Numbered from the stretch's first letter, positions 46,071-55,316 are shown. The stretch is 64,000 bases of DNA from Acidimicrobiales bacterium (GCA_040219085.1 JAVJTC010000007.1:3995-67994), one strand, 5' to 3'. The notes: generated from the sequence alone by a model not told the origin. Numbers and translations are program-made.

Positions 46071-49000
46071 ATGATCGGACCCGCGCGTGCCGATCCTGAC
46101 ACGGTCGTGAAGACAACTACCTGGCGCTGGGTGCTCGCAGGGGGCACGGCCGCCGCGCTCATCGGCGTGGCGGGAGGAGTGTTCGCCGCGCTCGCACGAG
46201 GTCTCGTGGTGGTCGGCTTCGTCGTCGTGATCGTGACGGCGCTGCGCCGCACCGCGGCACTCCAGACCCGCCCGTGGATGGTCGTCGCTGCCGGCGGCCT
46301 CGTCACCACCCTGTCCGCGCTCATCCGCGTCGTCCACGGTGCCATCGTCGACGAGAGGTACCCCTACCCGTCTCCCGCGGACCCCGTCGTCTTCGTGGGT
46401 TACGGTCTCATCGCCGCCGGTGGGGTGTGTTTCCTGAGGGCGCGTACGAAGACGCCCAGCATCGACGCCGGCGTCGATGCCGCACTGGTCACCGGGCTCG
46501 CTCTGTTCCCGCTCGCGACCGTCGTGATGCCCCAGTACTTCACCGACTCGTCGGTGGTGATCTACGAACGCGCGGGCACCGCCTTCTACCTCCTGCTCGT
46601 CGGCGTCCTCGTCTTCGTCACGGCCCGGTTGTCCTTCGGGCCGGGCGAACGTAACCAGTCGTACTACCTCCTCGCCGTCGCCGGAGCGATCCTGATCTCC
46701 AACGACGTCTTCCTGCGCCTCGACGCGGCGGGCTACGACCAGGCCCTCGACGCAGCGTTCACCATCGCCCCGTTCGCCTTCGTTTTCGCCGCGGCGGCGA
46801 TCACGCACCCGGGAGCGGCGCGCCTCACCTCCGAACCGGACTTCAGGCCGCGCCGCCTCACGTCGCGACGCATCGTCTTGTTCTCCGCTGTTCTCGTGAG
46901 CGGCCCTCTCATGCTCGTGGCCGCGGCGCTGGACTGGACCGACGCCAACGAGATCGTCGTGGCCGTCTGGTCGGGTTTGCTCTTCGTGCTCGTCGTCGTC
47001 CGCACGATCGGCCTCGTGCGCGGCCAGCAGAACATGGCCGATCGTGAGCGGGTCCTGCGAGATGCCAGCGCCGCCCTGGTGAACGTGAACACCCCGGCTG
47101 AAGCCGATGACGTACTGTGCCGGGCCGCGCTCGGCCTCGTTCCCGCGCGGCCGGTGGCGAGCGTCGCCATCATCGACAACGACCGACCTGACGGCACGTT
47201 CACCACCCTCGTACGGGACCGGCGATCCGCCATCGTCAGGTCCGAGCAGAGTCGCCCCGCGTCCCTGCCCGCCGAAGTCCGCGAGTCGGTCCACTTCGAA
47301 GAGGTCGGGCCCGCCGCGAACGAGGACGTCCTCGCCGCGCCACTCGACGGCGAGGGCCACCGGCTCCTCGTTGTGAGTACCACCTCGCTCCCGCCGATGT
47401 CGCGGGACGCACTGTTCTCACTCGCCGAGGTCGGCCGCCTCGCCCTCGAGTCGCTGTCGACCCGCGAGGAGCGGCACCGGCGACGCAGTGACCGACGACT
47501 CCGTGCGCTCGTGGAGCAGTCATCCGACGTCTTGATGGTCCTCGACGGGGACCACCGGATCTCGTTCATCTCGCCATCGTGTCGGCGCCTCATCGGCCGC
47601 CCGGACAACGAGATCATCGGGCGGGTCGTCCTGGATCTGGTTCACCCGGAGGAACGACGCGCGGTCGAACGCCTGCTGGCGCGGCACCGCGACCAGGAGA
47701 TGGTCGAAGCCCGCCTGCGCACGGATGCCACATCCGACGACCGCTGGTTCGAGGTGACGTGTCGGGACCGCAGTGCGACCGCCGATGTCGGCGGCGTCGT
47801 CGTCACGGCTCGGGACGTGACTGAGCAACGGCGCGCGGAGCAGCAGATCGAACGCAGCGAGGCCCGGTTCCGGTCGCTCGTCCAGCACACCGGTGACGTC
47901 GTCTGCGTGACCGATACCCAGGGCGTCATCACCTATGTCAGCCCGGCCATCGAGGAGGTCCTCGGCTACAGCGCCGCCGACGTGACCGGCGCAGACCTCT
48001 TCGACGTTCTCGACGAGGGTCCGGCCACCCACCGCCTCTCCAACGCCGTCCGCCTCGGGTTGACCGGTCGCCTCGACGTCGAGGTGCAGACGACGGCGCG
48101 CGACGGCCTCGTACGGATCCTCGACGTGACGGTGACCGACCTGCGCAACGACCCCGCGGTCGACGGGGTCGTGCTCAACATCCGCGACGTGACCGTGCGC
48201 CGCCAACTCGAACAGGACCTGCGCCACAAGGCCCACCACGACGAGCTCACCGGCCTCGCCAACAGGACACTGTTCACCGAGCGACTGGAAGAGGCCCTGC
48301 GCAACGAGGCCTACTCGGGTCTCGTCGCTGCCCTCTTCATCGACCTCGACGAGTTCAAGGACGTCAACGACAGCCTCGGCCACGTCGTCGGTGACGTGGT
48401 GCTGGGGAGCATCGCAGCCCGACTCCAGTCGAGCCTGCGTCTCGGTGACATGGCGGCGCGATTCGGTGGCGACGAGTTCGCGGTCCTTCTGACCGGCGTG
48501 TACGGCGAGTCCGAGATCGATGCCATCGCCGACCGCCTCCTCGCGAGGATCTCCGAGCCGCTAGCCGTCGATGGACGGTCCCTCGACATCACGGCATCCA
48601 TCGGGATCGCCGTCGACGAGGACCGCACGTCGGAGGCGTCCGACCTCCTGCGTGCCGCTGACGTCGCGATGTACCGGGCCAAGGAGGCGGGCAAGGGTCG
48701 TCACGAGATCTTCGAGCAGCACATGCAGGACCGGGCCCTCGAACGCCTCGAGCTGCGCACCGCGCTCGGCCGGGCCATCGACGCGGACCAACTCGAGCTG
48801 CACTACCAACCGATCGTCGACCTCAAGTCCACAGCGGTGTGCGGTGTCGAGGCGCTGCTGCGCTGGCAGCACCCCACCCGCGGTTGGATAAGTCCGGGTG
48901 CGTTCATCCCCCTCGCCGAGGAGACGGGTCTCATCGTCCCGATCGGCCTGTGGGTCCTGGAGAGAGCCTGTCGCGACGTCGCTCGTTGGCACGCAGAGGG

Positions 49001-49559
49001 GCACACCCCCTACCTCTCGGTCAACGTCTCGGGCCGTCAGCTGGTGGAACCCGACGTCGTCAACGCGATGTCGCGGATCGTCGTGGAGTCGGGCCTGGAT
49101 CCCAAGGCGATCGTTCTCGAGGTGACCGAGACGGTCCTGCTACCCGACGAGCCCCGCACCCGCCAACACATCGCCGAGTTCCGACGCCGTGGGTTCCGCG
49201 TGGCCATCGACGACTTCGGGACGGGCTACTCGTCGCTGCAGTACCTGCACCGCTTCACGCCTGAGATCATCAAGATCGACCGTTCGCTGGTCGGTCCCCT
49301 GGAGCACGGCGACGACGGAGCGATGGCCGAGGCCGTCATTGACCTGTCCCGCCGGGTGGGCGCCGAGGTGGTCGCGGAGGGGATCGAGACGCCCCGCCAG
49401 GTCGATCAGCTGCGGATACTCGGCGCACGGTACGGCCAGGGCTTCCTGTTCGGTCGCCCGGCTCCGATCTCCGATGGCTTCCCGGTCATCTCCTATGGCG
49501 ACCCGCAGATCCCGCAGACCCCCGGCTTCGAGCGTCGCAAGTCGACAGAGTCCCACTGA
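46071..49559 (+). CDS. Membrane sensor protein: polytopic N-terminal domain, PAS repeats, GGDEF, EAL
   Basis: About nine TM helices. PAS-like blocks lie around 47.5-48.2 kb. The GGDEF domain carries an I-site (RLGDMAARFGGDEF). The EAL domain has EALLRW, EVTET, DDFGTGYSSL and QGFLFGRP. Confidence 0.9.
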   Translation: MIGPARADPDTVVKTTTWRWVLAGGTAAALIGVAGGVFAALARGLVVVGFVVVIVTALRRTAALQTRPWMVVAAGGLVTTLSALIRVVHGAIVDERYPYPSPADPVVFVGYGLIAAGGVCFLRARTKTPSIDAGVDAALVTGLALFPLATVVMPQYFTDSSVVIYERAGTAFYLLLVGVLVFVTARLSFGPGERNQSYYLLAVAGAILISNDVFLRLDAAGYDQALDAAFTIAPFAFVFAAAAITHPGAARLTSEPDFRPRRLTSRRIVLFSAVLVSGPLMLVAAALDWTDANEIVVAVWSGLLFVLVVVRTIGLVRGQQNMADRERVLRDASAALVNVNTPAEADDVLCRAALGLVPARPVASVAIIDNDRPDGTFTTLVRDRRSAIVRSEQSRPASLPAEVRESVHFEEVGPAANEDVLAAPLDGEGHRLLVVSTTSLPPMSRDALFSLAEVGRLALESLSTREERHRRRSDRRLRALVEQSSDVLMVLDGDHRISFISPSCRRLIGRPDNEIIGRVVLDLVHPEERRAVERLLARHRDQEMVEARLRTDATSDDRWFEVTCRDRSATADVGGVVVTARDVTEQRRAEQQIERSEARFRSLVQHTGDVVCVTDTQGVITYVSPAIEEVLGYSAADVTGADLFDVLDEGPATHRLSNAVRLGLTGRLDVEVQTTARDGLVRILDVTVTDLRNDPAVDGVVLNIRDVTVRRQLEQDLRHKAHHDELTGLANRTLFTERLEEALRNEAYSGLVAALFIDLDEFKDVNDSLGHVVGDVVLGSIAARLQSSLRLGDMAARFGGDEFAVLLTGVYGESEIDAIADRLLARISEPLAVDGRSLDITASIGIAVDEDRTSEASDLLRAADVAMYRAKEAGKGRHEIFEQHMQDRALERLELRTALGRAIDADQLELHYQPIVDLKSTAVCGVEALLRWQHPTRGWISPGAFIPLAEETGLIVPIGLWVLERACRDVARWHAEGHTPYLSVNVSGRQLVEPDVVNAMSRIVVESGLDPKAIVLEVTETVLLPDEPRTRQHIAEFRRRGFRVAIDDFGTGYSSLQYLHRFTPEIIKIDRSLVGPLEHGDDGAMAEAVIDLSRRVGAEVVAEGIETPRQVDQLRILGARYGQGFLFGRPAPISDGFPVISYGDPQIPQTPGFERRKSTESH

Positions 49560-49607
49560 CCTGGTCCGGTGTCGGCGGCGGGTTCACCGCCGCTACGGTC
49601 CTCCCTC

Positions 49608-50903
49608 ATGCTCGACGTGAGACTTCTGCGCAGTGACCTCGACGGCGTGAAGGCGGCCATCGCCAGTCGCGGTGAGGACACTTCGGCCCTCGACGAGATC
49701 GCCGAACTCGACGAGAACCGGAGGCGTGTCGCCGCCGAGCGTGACGACCTCCGCAGTCGCGTCAAGGCACTGTCGAAGCAGATCGGGGGCCTGCACCGCG
49801 ACGGTCGTGGGGATGAGGCGGCCACTCTGACCGAGCAGAGTCGCGAACTCGGTGAGAGGGAGAAGGCGCTCGACGCGGAGGCCGAGAGGATCGACGCCAT
49901 CGTGCGCGATGCCCTGCTGCGGGTCGGCAACATCCCGTCGGCGGACTGCCCGATGGGGACGTCGGCCGAGGACAACGTGATCCTCCGCACGGAGGGGTTC
50001 GACCCGGCCGGCTACGGAGAACATCAGAAGGTCCCACACTGGGACTTCGCCGTCGCCGGTGGACTGCTCGACGTCGAGCGTGCGACGAAGATGTCCGGCG
50101 CGATGTTCGTCATGTACCGGGGTCTGGGCGCCCGGTTGGCGCGGGCCCTCGTCCAGCTCGCGCTGGATCGCAACGGTGACGTCTTCGAGGAGATCCGCCC
50201 ACCGACGCTCGTGCGTACCGAGACGATGGTGTCCACCGGGCACCTTCCCAAGTTCGCCGATGACGCCTACCACGCGGAGCGCGACGACCTGTGGGCCATC
50301 CCGACGGCCGAGGTCCCGCTCACCTCGCTCGCCGGCGATGAGATCCTCGCCGAGGCCGACCTGCCGACGCGCCTGATGGCGCACACCTCCTGTTTCCGAC
50401 GCGAGGCCGGGTCCGCCGGTCGTGACACCCGGGGTCTGTTGCGCGTCCACGAGTTCGACAAGGTGGAGATCCTCGCCTACACGACTCCCGACCAGGCCGC
50501 CGATGTGCATGCCGACCTCCTGGCCCGGGCGGAGTCGCTCATCGCCGATCTCGGGCTCGCGTACCGCATCGTCGACATCTGCACCGGCGATCTCGGGAAC
50601 TCGGCGGCACGCACCTGGGACGTGGAGGTCTTCGCCCCCGGGGCTGACCGCTGGCTCGAAGTCTCCTCGGTGTCGTGGTTCAGCGACTACCAGGCCCGTC
50701 GGGCCAACATCCGCTACCGGCCGACGGAAGGCTCCGGGACGGCCATCGTGCACACCTTGAACGGCTCGGCTCTCGCCGTGCCGCGTGTGTGGGCGGCGCT
50801 GACCGAGACACACCGTCGTAGCGACGGCTCCATCGCTGTTCCCGAGTGCCTGCATCCCTACATGGGCGGCATCGAGGTCATCGAGGTCGCTGCCGCAGGC
50901 TGA
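49608..50903 (+). CDS. serS: Seryl-tRNA synthetase
   Basis: MLDVRLLR.., TGHLPKFADDAY, CFRREAGSAGRDTRGL.RVHEF.KVE and TLNGSALA. Confidence 0.95.
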   Translation: MLDVRLLRSDLDGVKAAIASRGEDTSALDEIAELDENRRRVAAERDDLRSRVKALSKQIGGLHRDGRGDEAATLTEQSRELGEREKALDAEAERIDAIVRDALLRVGNIPSADCPMGTSAEDNVILRTEGFDPAGYGEHQKVPHWDFAVAGGLLDVERATKMSGAMFVMYRGLGARLARALVQLALDRNGDVFEEIRPPTLVRTETMVSTGHLPKFADDAYHAERDDLWAIPTAEVPLTSLAGDEILAEADLPTRLMAHTSCFRREAGSAGRDTRGLLRVHEFDKVEILAYTTPDQAADVHADLLARAESLIADLGLAYRIVDICTGDLGNSAARTWDVEVFAPGADRWLEVSSVSWFSDYQARRANIRYRPTEGSGTAIVHTLNGSALAVPRVWAALTETHRRSDGSIAVPECLHPYMGGIEVIEVAAAG

Positions 50904-50935
50904 CGCCCCGGTTCCGGGCCCGTCGCCGGGTGGGC

Positions 50936-51268
50936 TCAGGCGATCTCCAGGCCGAGGACAGCGGCCGCCGTGCCGGCTACGAGTGTGACGCAGCCGTAGA
51001 GAATCCCACGTACCACCCTGCCGGTGCGCGCCATCACGGCGATCTCCTGCGCGACCGTCGAGAACGTGGTGAACGCGCCCAGGCCGCCAACCCCGACGGC
51101 GGTCATCGTGGCGCTCGACGTCGCGGCGAGGGTACCGAGGAGACCGGCCCCGAGCGTGTTCACGAGCAGCGTCCCGGTGGGCCACGTCGGTCGGTTCAGC
51201 GAGTGGACCGCGCCCGCCCGTGCGAGCGTCCCGACGATCGCGAGGGCCACGAATCCGATGGCGGTCAT
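50936..51268 (-). CDS. crcB: Fluoride channel CrcB/FluC subunit (second of pair)
   Basis: GTLLVNTLGAGLLG and GGLGAFTTFST. 110 aa. The ATG overlaps the upstream crcB stop. Confidence 0.85.
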   Translation of the reverse strand: MTAIGFVALAIVGTLARAGAVHSLNRPTWPTGTLLVNTLGAGLLGTLAATSSATMTAVGVGGLGAFTTFSTVAQEIAVMARTGRVVRGILYGCVTLVAGTAAAVLGLEIA

Positions 51269-51690
51269 GTCGCCGGTCCCGCCGTGGCGGGCGGTTCGCG
51301 CCGCAACGCGGGCACGGCGCGAGTCGCGGCTGCCCCGACGATCGCGGCCGCAACCCCGGCAGCGATCGATCCGAGCCCCCAGATCAGCGCGGTTCCCCAT
51401 TCGTCGGACCGGATGCGGTCGGCGAGGTCTACAGCGAGGGTCGAGAACGTCGTCAGGGCCCCACAGAAGCCTGTGGTCACGGCGAGTCTCAGATGGGGCC
51501 CCTCGCCGGTGGGTCGGGCCACCCACGCGGCGATGACAGCACCGAGTAGGAGGCTCCCCGCGAGGTTGACGGCGAGCACCGCCCAGGGCATCTCACTGTC
51601 CGGGGCCGCTTCGACGATCACCCAGCGCGTCCCCGCTCCGGCCAGTCCGCCCAGAGCGATCCATGCGGGAGCCGTGGACCTCGCGACCAT
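51265..51690 (-). CDS. crcB: Fluoride channel CrcB/FluC subunit (first of pair)
   Basis: LAVNLAGSLLLG and GFCGALTTFST. The start was moved to ATG 51690. Confidence 0.8.
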   Translation of the reverse strand: MVARSTAPAWIALGGLAGAGTRWVIVEAAPDSEMPWAVLAVNLAGSLLLGAVIAAWVARPTGEGPHLRLAVTTGFCGALTTFSTLAVDLADRIRSDEWGTALIWGLGSIAAGVAAAIVGAAATRAVPALRREPPATAGPAT

Positions 51691-51811
51691 GGCGCCGACC
51701 TCCCGTCTGCTGCCCGACGCGCCACCTGCCACGGCGCCCGACCGTACCCGGACCTCGGCAGGCGCACGGCCATCGCCTCGTCGCACACACACGGGCACCA
51801 CACTGGTGGGG

Positions 51812-52447
51812 ATGGAACTCGACGCGTTCCGGGACCTCAACATGCGCCAGGGCCTCGATGAGGCTGACGCGGCGGGTGATCCCGTGACCCAGTTCGGTCG
51901 TTGGTACGACGATCTCGCCCGGATCGGCTATCCCGACCGTGAGGCGGTGGTGGTCGCGGTAGCCGACGCCGAGGCGACGCCGTCTGCCCGGCTCGTCCTG
52001 CTGCGGGACTTCGACGAGCGCGGTTTCGTCTTCCACACGAACTACCGCAGTCCCAAGGTCGTCGCCGTCGAGGCGAATCCCCGGGCGGAACTGCTCTTCG
52101 CCTGGGTGTCGATTCGTCGCCAGGTGAGGGTGGGTGGAATCGTCAGCCGCCTGGACCCGACGGAGTCCGACGCCTACTGGGTGACACGTCCGCGAGGGAG
52201 TCAGATCGGCGCCTGGGCGTCGGACCAGAGCGAGGTCATCGGCGGACGCACCCATCTCGAGAGCCGGGTGGCGGAGATGAAGCGGCACTTTGCAGGTGGT
52301 GCCGTGCCCCGGCCGCCGTGGTGGGGCGGACTCCGGGTGGCTCCGAGCGTCGTCGAGTTCTGGCAGGGGCGACCCGACAGGCTCCATGACCGTCTGCGCT
52401 ACCGGTTGGTGGACGGCTCCTGGGTGCTCGAGCGGCTCGCACCCTGA
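51812..52447 (+). CDS. pdxH: Pyridoxamine 5'-phosphate oxidase
   Basis: ARLVLLRDFDERGFVFHTNYRS, RQVRVGG, IGAWASDQS and EFWQGRPDRLHDR. Confidence 0.9.
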   Translation: MELDAFRDLNMRQGLDEADAAGDPVTQFGRWYDDLARIGYPDREAVVVAVADAEATPSARLVLLRDFDERGFVFHTNYRSPKVVAVEANPRAELLFAWVSIRRQVRVGGIVSRLDPTESDAYWVTRPRGSQIGAWASDQSEVIGGRTHLESRVAEMKRHFAGGAVPRPPWWGGLRVAPSVVEFWQGRPDRLHDRLRYRLVDGSWVLERLAP

Positions 52448-53571
52448 GGCGTGACCGGCGGGCGGTACCGCCGGGCACCGAGTCTGCGTCGGGCACGGAA
52501 CGTGACGAACACCGCCACGATCACCGCCGCGAGCACCTCGAAGAGCGCGGGCCAGCGCAACGGGTCGGTGAACCAGTTCCCCATCCGCTCGGGGACGTCG
52601 ACAGCGGTGCGGGCGACCGGCAGGATGAACAGCTCGAACCGGTAGTTCACGGACTCGACGAGCGCCCACAGTGCGAAGACGCCCCAGCTCACGACGCGAC
52701 CCTGGAGAGGATCGAGGATCGGGCGGACGGCCCATACGACGAAGCCGGCGAGGATGAACGACGCTGCCACGGCGATCTTCGTCGGGCCGACGTCGCTGGC
52801 CCAGTTCTGAAGTGTCGACTGGAACTCGAGCGACTCGCGCACCAGGGGATTCGTCGAGATGTTCCCGCGTAGTGTCTGGATCTCCCACCAGCCGAAGACC
52901 ACCAGGAAGACACCGGCGAGGACGAGGAAACCCCCCGACACGCGGTTCACGTACGGAAGGAATCTGCGCAGGAACGTGGCGATCTCGGTGCGGGCCATCG
53001 ACATGCCCAGGGTGAGCACCATGATGACGAGGCTCATCCCGGCCCCGTAGGCCAGGAAGACGAGTGTCCCGTCCACCACGCTGCGGCTGGTGAAGGAGGT
53101 GACGACCGTCCCGAAGAAGATCGCGGCCGTACATCCCAGGGAGACCACCGCATAGGACACGCCGAACAGGAACACCGAAGGCAGGTCGCGGGTACGGCCG
53201 CCCTTGTCCAGCCGGGGCAACATGAGCTTCGGCTCGTAGCCCGCCAACATCGAGATGCCGAGCGGCACCATCGCAGCGCCGAGTACGAGGGTCGCCCAGG
53301 CGATCCTGCTCTCGATCGCGGAACGGCTGACGATCGTGGACGCGACCACACCGATGGAACCGAAGAACACGAGGAATCCCGCGGTCAGTGTCAGCCCGAC
53401 GACCAGACCACGGATGATGTTGCGAGCCGGGTTCGTCTCGTCGTCGGACTCGAGGCCGAGGAAGTACGAGAGGTAGGCCGGCAACATCGCGAACCCGCAG
53501 GGGTTGAACGCCGCCACGACGCCCTGGGAGATGGCGAGGGACAGCAGGGTCGCGAGCCCGATCTGCTCCAT
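52399..53571 (-). CDS. ccdA: Cytochrome c biogenesis CcdA/DsbD-family thiol-disulfide transporter with an extra C-terminal membrane domain
   Basis: AAFNPCGFAMLPAYL and FGVSYAVVSLGCTAAIF hold the two conserved Cys. An additional ~150 aa at the C-terminus includes TM helices. Confidence 0.8.
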   Translation of the reverse strand: MEQIGLATLLSLAISQGVVAAFNPCGFAMLPAYLSYFLGLESDDETNPARNIIRGLVVGLTLTAGFLVFFGSIGVVASTIVSRSAIESRIAWATLVLGAAMVPLGISMLAGYEPKLMLPRLDKGGRTRDLPSVFLFGVSYAVVSLGCTAAIFFGTVVTSFTSRSVVDGTLVFLAYGAGMSLVIMVLTLGMSMARTEIATFLRRFLPYVNRVSGGFLVLAGVFLVVFGWWEIQTLRGNISTNPLVRESLEFQSTLQNWASDVGPTKIAVAASFILAGFVVWAVRPILDPLQGRVVSWGVFALWALVESVNYRFELFILPVARTAVDVPERMGNWFTDPLRWPALFEVLAAVIVAVFVTFRARRRLGARRYRPPVTPQGASRSSTQEPSTNR

Positions 53572-53608
53572 CAGCGAACACCCGGTGCGGCGAAGGGACC
53601 GGCGGACT

Positions 53609-54256
53609 TCACACGCCGAACTCCTCGGCGATCAGCTCACGGAGCTGGTCCGCGGTGAGTGGTCCGGCCCACCGTGTGGCGATGGTGCCGTCGGCGTCGA
53701 CGAGGACCGTCGTCGGCATGGCGAAGCCGCGGAAGGCCTGAAAGATGCCCTGCGTGTCGTCGCGCGCGAGGGCGTAGCGCACGCCCGTTCGTTCGACCAG
53801 GGCGTCGGCGTCGGCCGGATCGTCCAGGACGTTGAAGCCGATGAACGGCACCTCGGCACCGACCTCCTCGAAGACCGCCTGGAAGTCCGGCATCTCCGCG
53901 ACGCAGGGTGCGCACCACGACGCGAAGAAGTTGACCACGAGTGGCTGTCCGGCGAAGTCGTCGAGGGTTCCGGCGGTCCCGTCGAAGTAGGTGAACTCGA
54001 TCCGGGGCGCGGGTGGATCGTCGCTCGTGTCCTCGGCGCCGACATCGGGTGCCGCGTCCGGGTCGTCGGGGGTGATCGTGAGGCCGCCGTCGTCCCGGTC
54101 GCCCGGTGAGTCCGCGCCAGCCGATGTCGCCGAATCGTCACCGCCGCAGGCGGCGGCGATCAGAGCCATCGCCAGGGCGGCGATGAGCAGGCGGGGGCCG
54201 CGCGCGCGACCCGGGTTCGTCGAGGATGGTTCACGGCGGCTGCGTCGGCGGGTCAT
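53609..54256 (-). CDS. TlpA/ResA-like thioredoxin-fold lipoprotein
   Basis: Lipobox LIAAAC and PLVVNFFASWCAPCVAEMP (WCxxC). The start was moved to ATG 54256. Confidence 0.85.
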   Translation of the reverse strand: MTRRRSRREPSSTNPGRARGPRLLIAALAMALIAAACGGDDSATSAGADSPGDRDDGGLTITPDDPDAAPDVGAEDTSDDPPAPRIEFTYFDGTAGTLDDFAGQPLVVNFFASWCAPCVAEMPDFQAVFEEVGAEVPFIGFNVLDDPADADALVERTGVRYALARDDTQGIFQAFRGFAMPTTVLVDADGTIATRWAGPLTADQLRELIAEEFGV

Positions 54257-54543
54257 CGGGCTCGTCTCACGGTTCGGGGGTCGGACCGTCGCCTGAACCC
54301 TAGGGCCGACGTGGGGGCCGGCGGCAGTCGGGCTCGCTGAAGTCGGCGACGTGGGGTGAACCCTGAACCGGTGATGGCGTATTCCGCCCTGTTCGGACCG
54401 CGCCGGGCGGATTCCGCCGCCGGGCCGGGGCTCGACGAGACGTCGCCCCGGCCCGGGATGTCGGCGGAGACCGTCCGGGGCCACGGGTCATCGGGGCGGG
54501 TGGCCCGACGGGGGTCGGTCGGGCCACCCGCCCACCCTCTGGC

Positions 54544-54972
54544 TCAGGCGGTGAGCAGGTACTCCAGGTGATCGGGGACCGGGAGCATCGTGTAGATGTC
54601 GTCGGCACGGGGGTTCTTGGAGGGCCGTCCACGCCGTCGCTTGACGGTCACGATCCGGCCGTCTTCGAAGAGCTGCCCGCCCCACACGCCGGCCGCTTCG
54701 CCGCGGGCGACCGCGCCCTCGAGGCAGGGCACCATCACCGGGCAGCCGGCGCAGATGCGCTTTGCCGCCGCGATCGAGGGCAGGTCTTCGGAGAAGAAGA
54801 GGTCCCGTGTCGTGGGGTCGGCGTCGCGGCATGCCGCAGCGAGCCTCCATGTCTCGTCGACCGTCCGGGCCGCCAGGTTGGCGGCGGGGCCTTCGTCGAT
54901 CGTCATCTCGAGATCGAGAGTGGAGAGGTCGGTGAGGGTCTCGTCTGGGTGTCGGGTTGCCGGGGCGAACAT
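54544..54972 (-). CDS. whiB7: WhiB-family [4Fe-4S] transcription factor with C-terminal AT-hook (WhiB7-like)
   Basis: Cys pattern AACR...ICAGCPVMVPC, the GVWGG turn, then VKRRRGRPSKNPR (RGRP AT-hook). RBS GGAGGA lies before ATG 54972. Confidence 0.8.
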   Translation of the reverse strand: MFAPATRHPDETLTDLSTLDLEMTIDEGPAANLAARTVDETWRLAAACRDADPTTRDLFFSEDLPSIAAAKRICAGCPVMVPCLEGAVARGEAAGVWGGQLFEDGRIVTVKRRRGRPSKNPRADDIYTMLPVPDHLEYLLTA

Positions 54973-55002
54973 CGGATGTTTCCTCCAGGTTCGGTTCGCG
55001 GG

Positions 55003-55040
55003 CGAAAATGCAAGAAGGCCGCCGGATTTCCGGCGGCCTT
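55003..55040 (-). terminator. Intrinsic terminator/attenuator in the whiB7-like leader
   Basis: On the minus strand, AAGGCCGCCGG-AAAT-CCGGCGGCCTT is followed by CTTGCATTTTCG. It lies 30 nt after the uORF stop and about 30 nt before the whiB7-like ATG. Confidence 0.7.
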
Positions 55041-55070
55041 CGGAGTCGTTGTCGTTCTGTCAGCGGGTGC

Positions 55071-55238
55071 TCACAGGGGCGACTCCTCAGGCCACGGGTC
55101 GATCGTGATGGCGTAGCCGGTACGGAAAAAACCGGCAGGGGCCACGACGAGACCCTCGAGATGCGCGCCGTTCCAACGCAGGACGCGCGCGGCGGACCGG
55201 GCGGTCCGCTCATTCGTCACGTGGAGTTCCTGCTTCAT
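55071..55238 (-). CDS. Leader uORF of the whiB7-like gene (55 codons)
   Basis: ATG 55238 follows AGGAAG. The product is MKQELHVTNERTARSAARVLRWNGAHLEGLVVAPAGFFRTGYAITIDPWPEESPL*. Its position between the promoter-like element and the attenuator matches known whiB7 leaders. Confidence 0.45.
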   Translation of the reverse strand: MKQELHVTNERTARSAARVLRWNGAHLEGLVVAPAGFFRTGYAITIDPWPEESPL

Positions 55239-55298
55239 CGAATCGGCTTCCTGGGGGGCTGTTCGTCCGGGGACAAGGTGAACACGCCTGCCTGCGGG

Positions 55299-55316
55299 CG
55301 TCAACCGAATAATCGG
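55299..55316 (-). promoter_or_regulatory. AT-rich element abutting a TTGACG -35 hexamer (candidate WhiB7 autoregulated promoter)
   Basis: The minus strand reads CCGATTATTCGG-TTGACG. It is a locally AT-rich patch in a GC-rich genome, immediately after the upstream gene's stop. I could not identify a clean -10. Confidence 0.45.

Noticed and set aside
51691-51811. Fluoride (crcB-motif) riboswitch as an annotated feature
   Set aside because: Only the 5' half-motif GGCGAUGGCCGUGCGCC is present, and the conserved 3' GAUGAUGCCUAC segment is absent. It is kept as a low-interest finding rather than a feature.
55261-55298. Clean -10 hexamer for the whiB7-like promoter
   Set aside because: At 16-18 bp downstream of TTGACG the sequence is TTCACCTT, which does not fit TANNNT. 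The promoter call therefore rests on the -35 hexamer and AT-rich element only.
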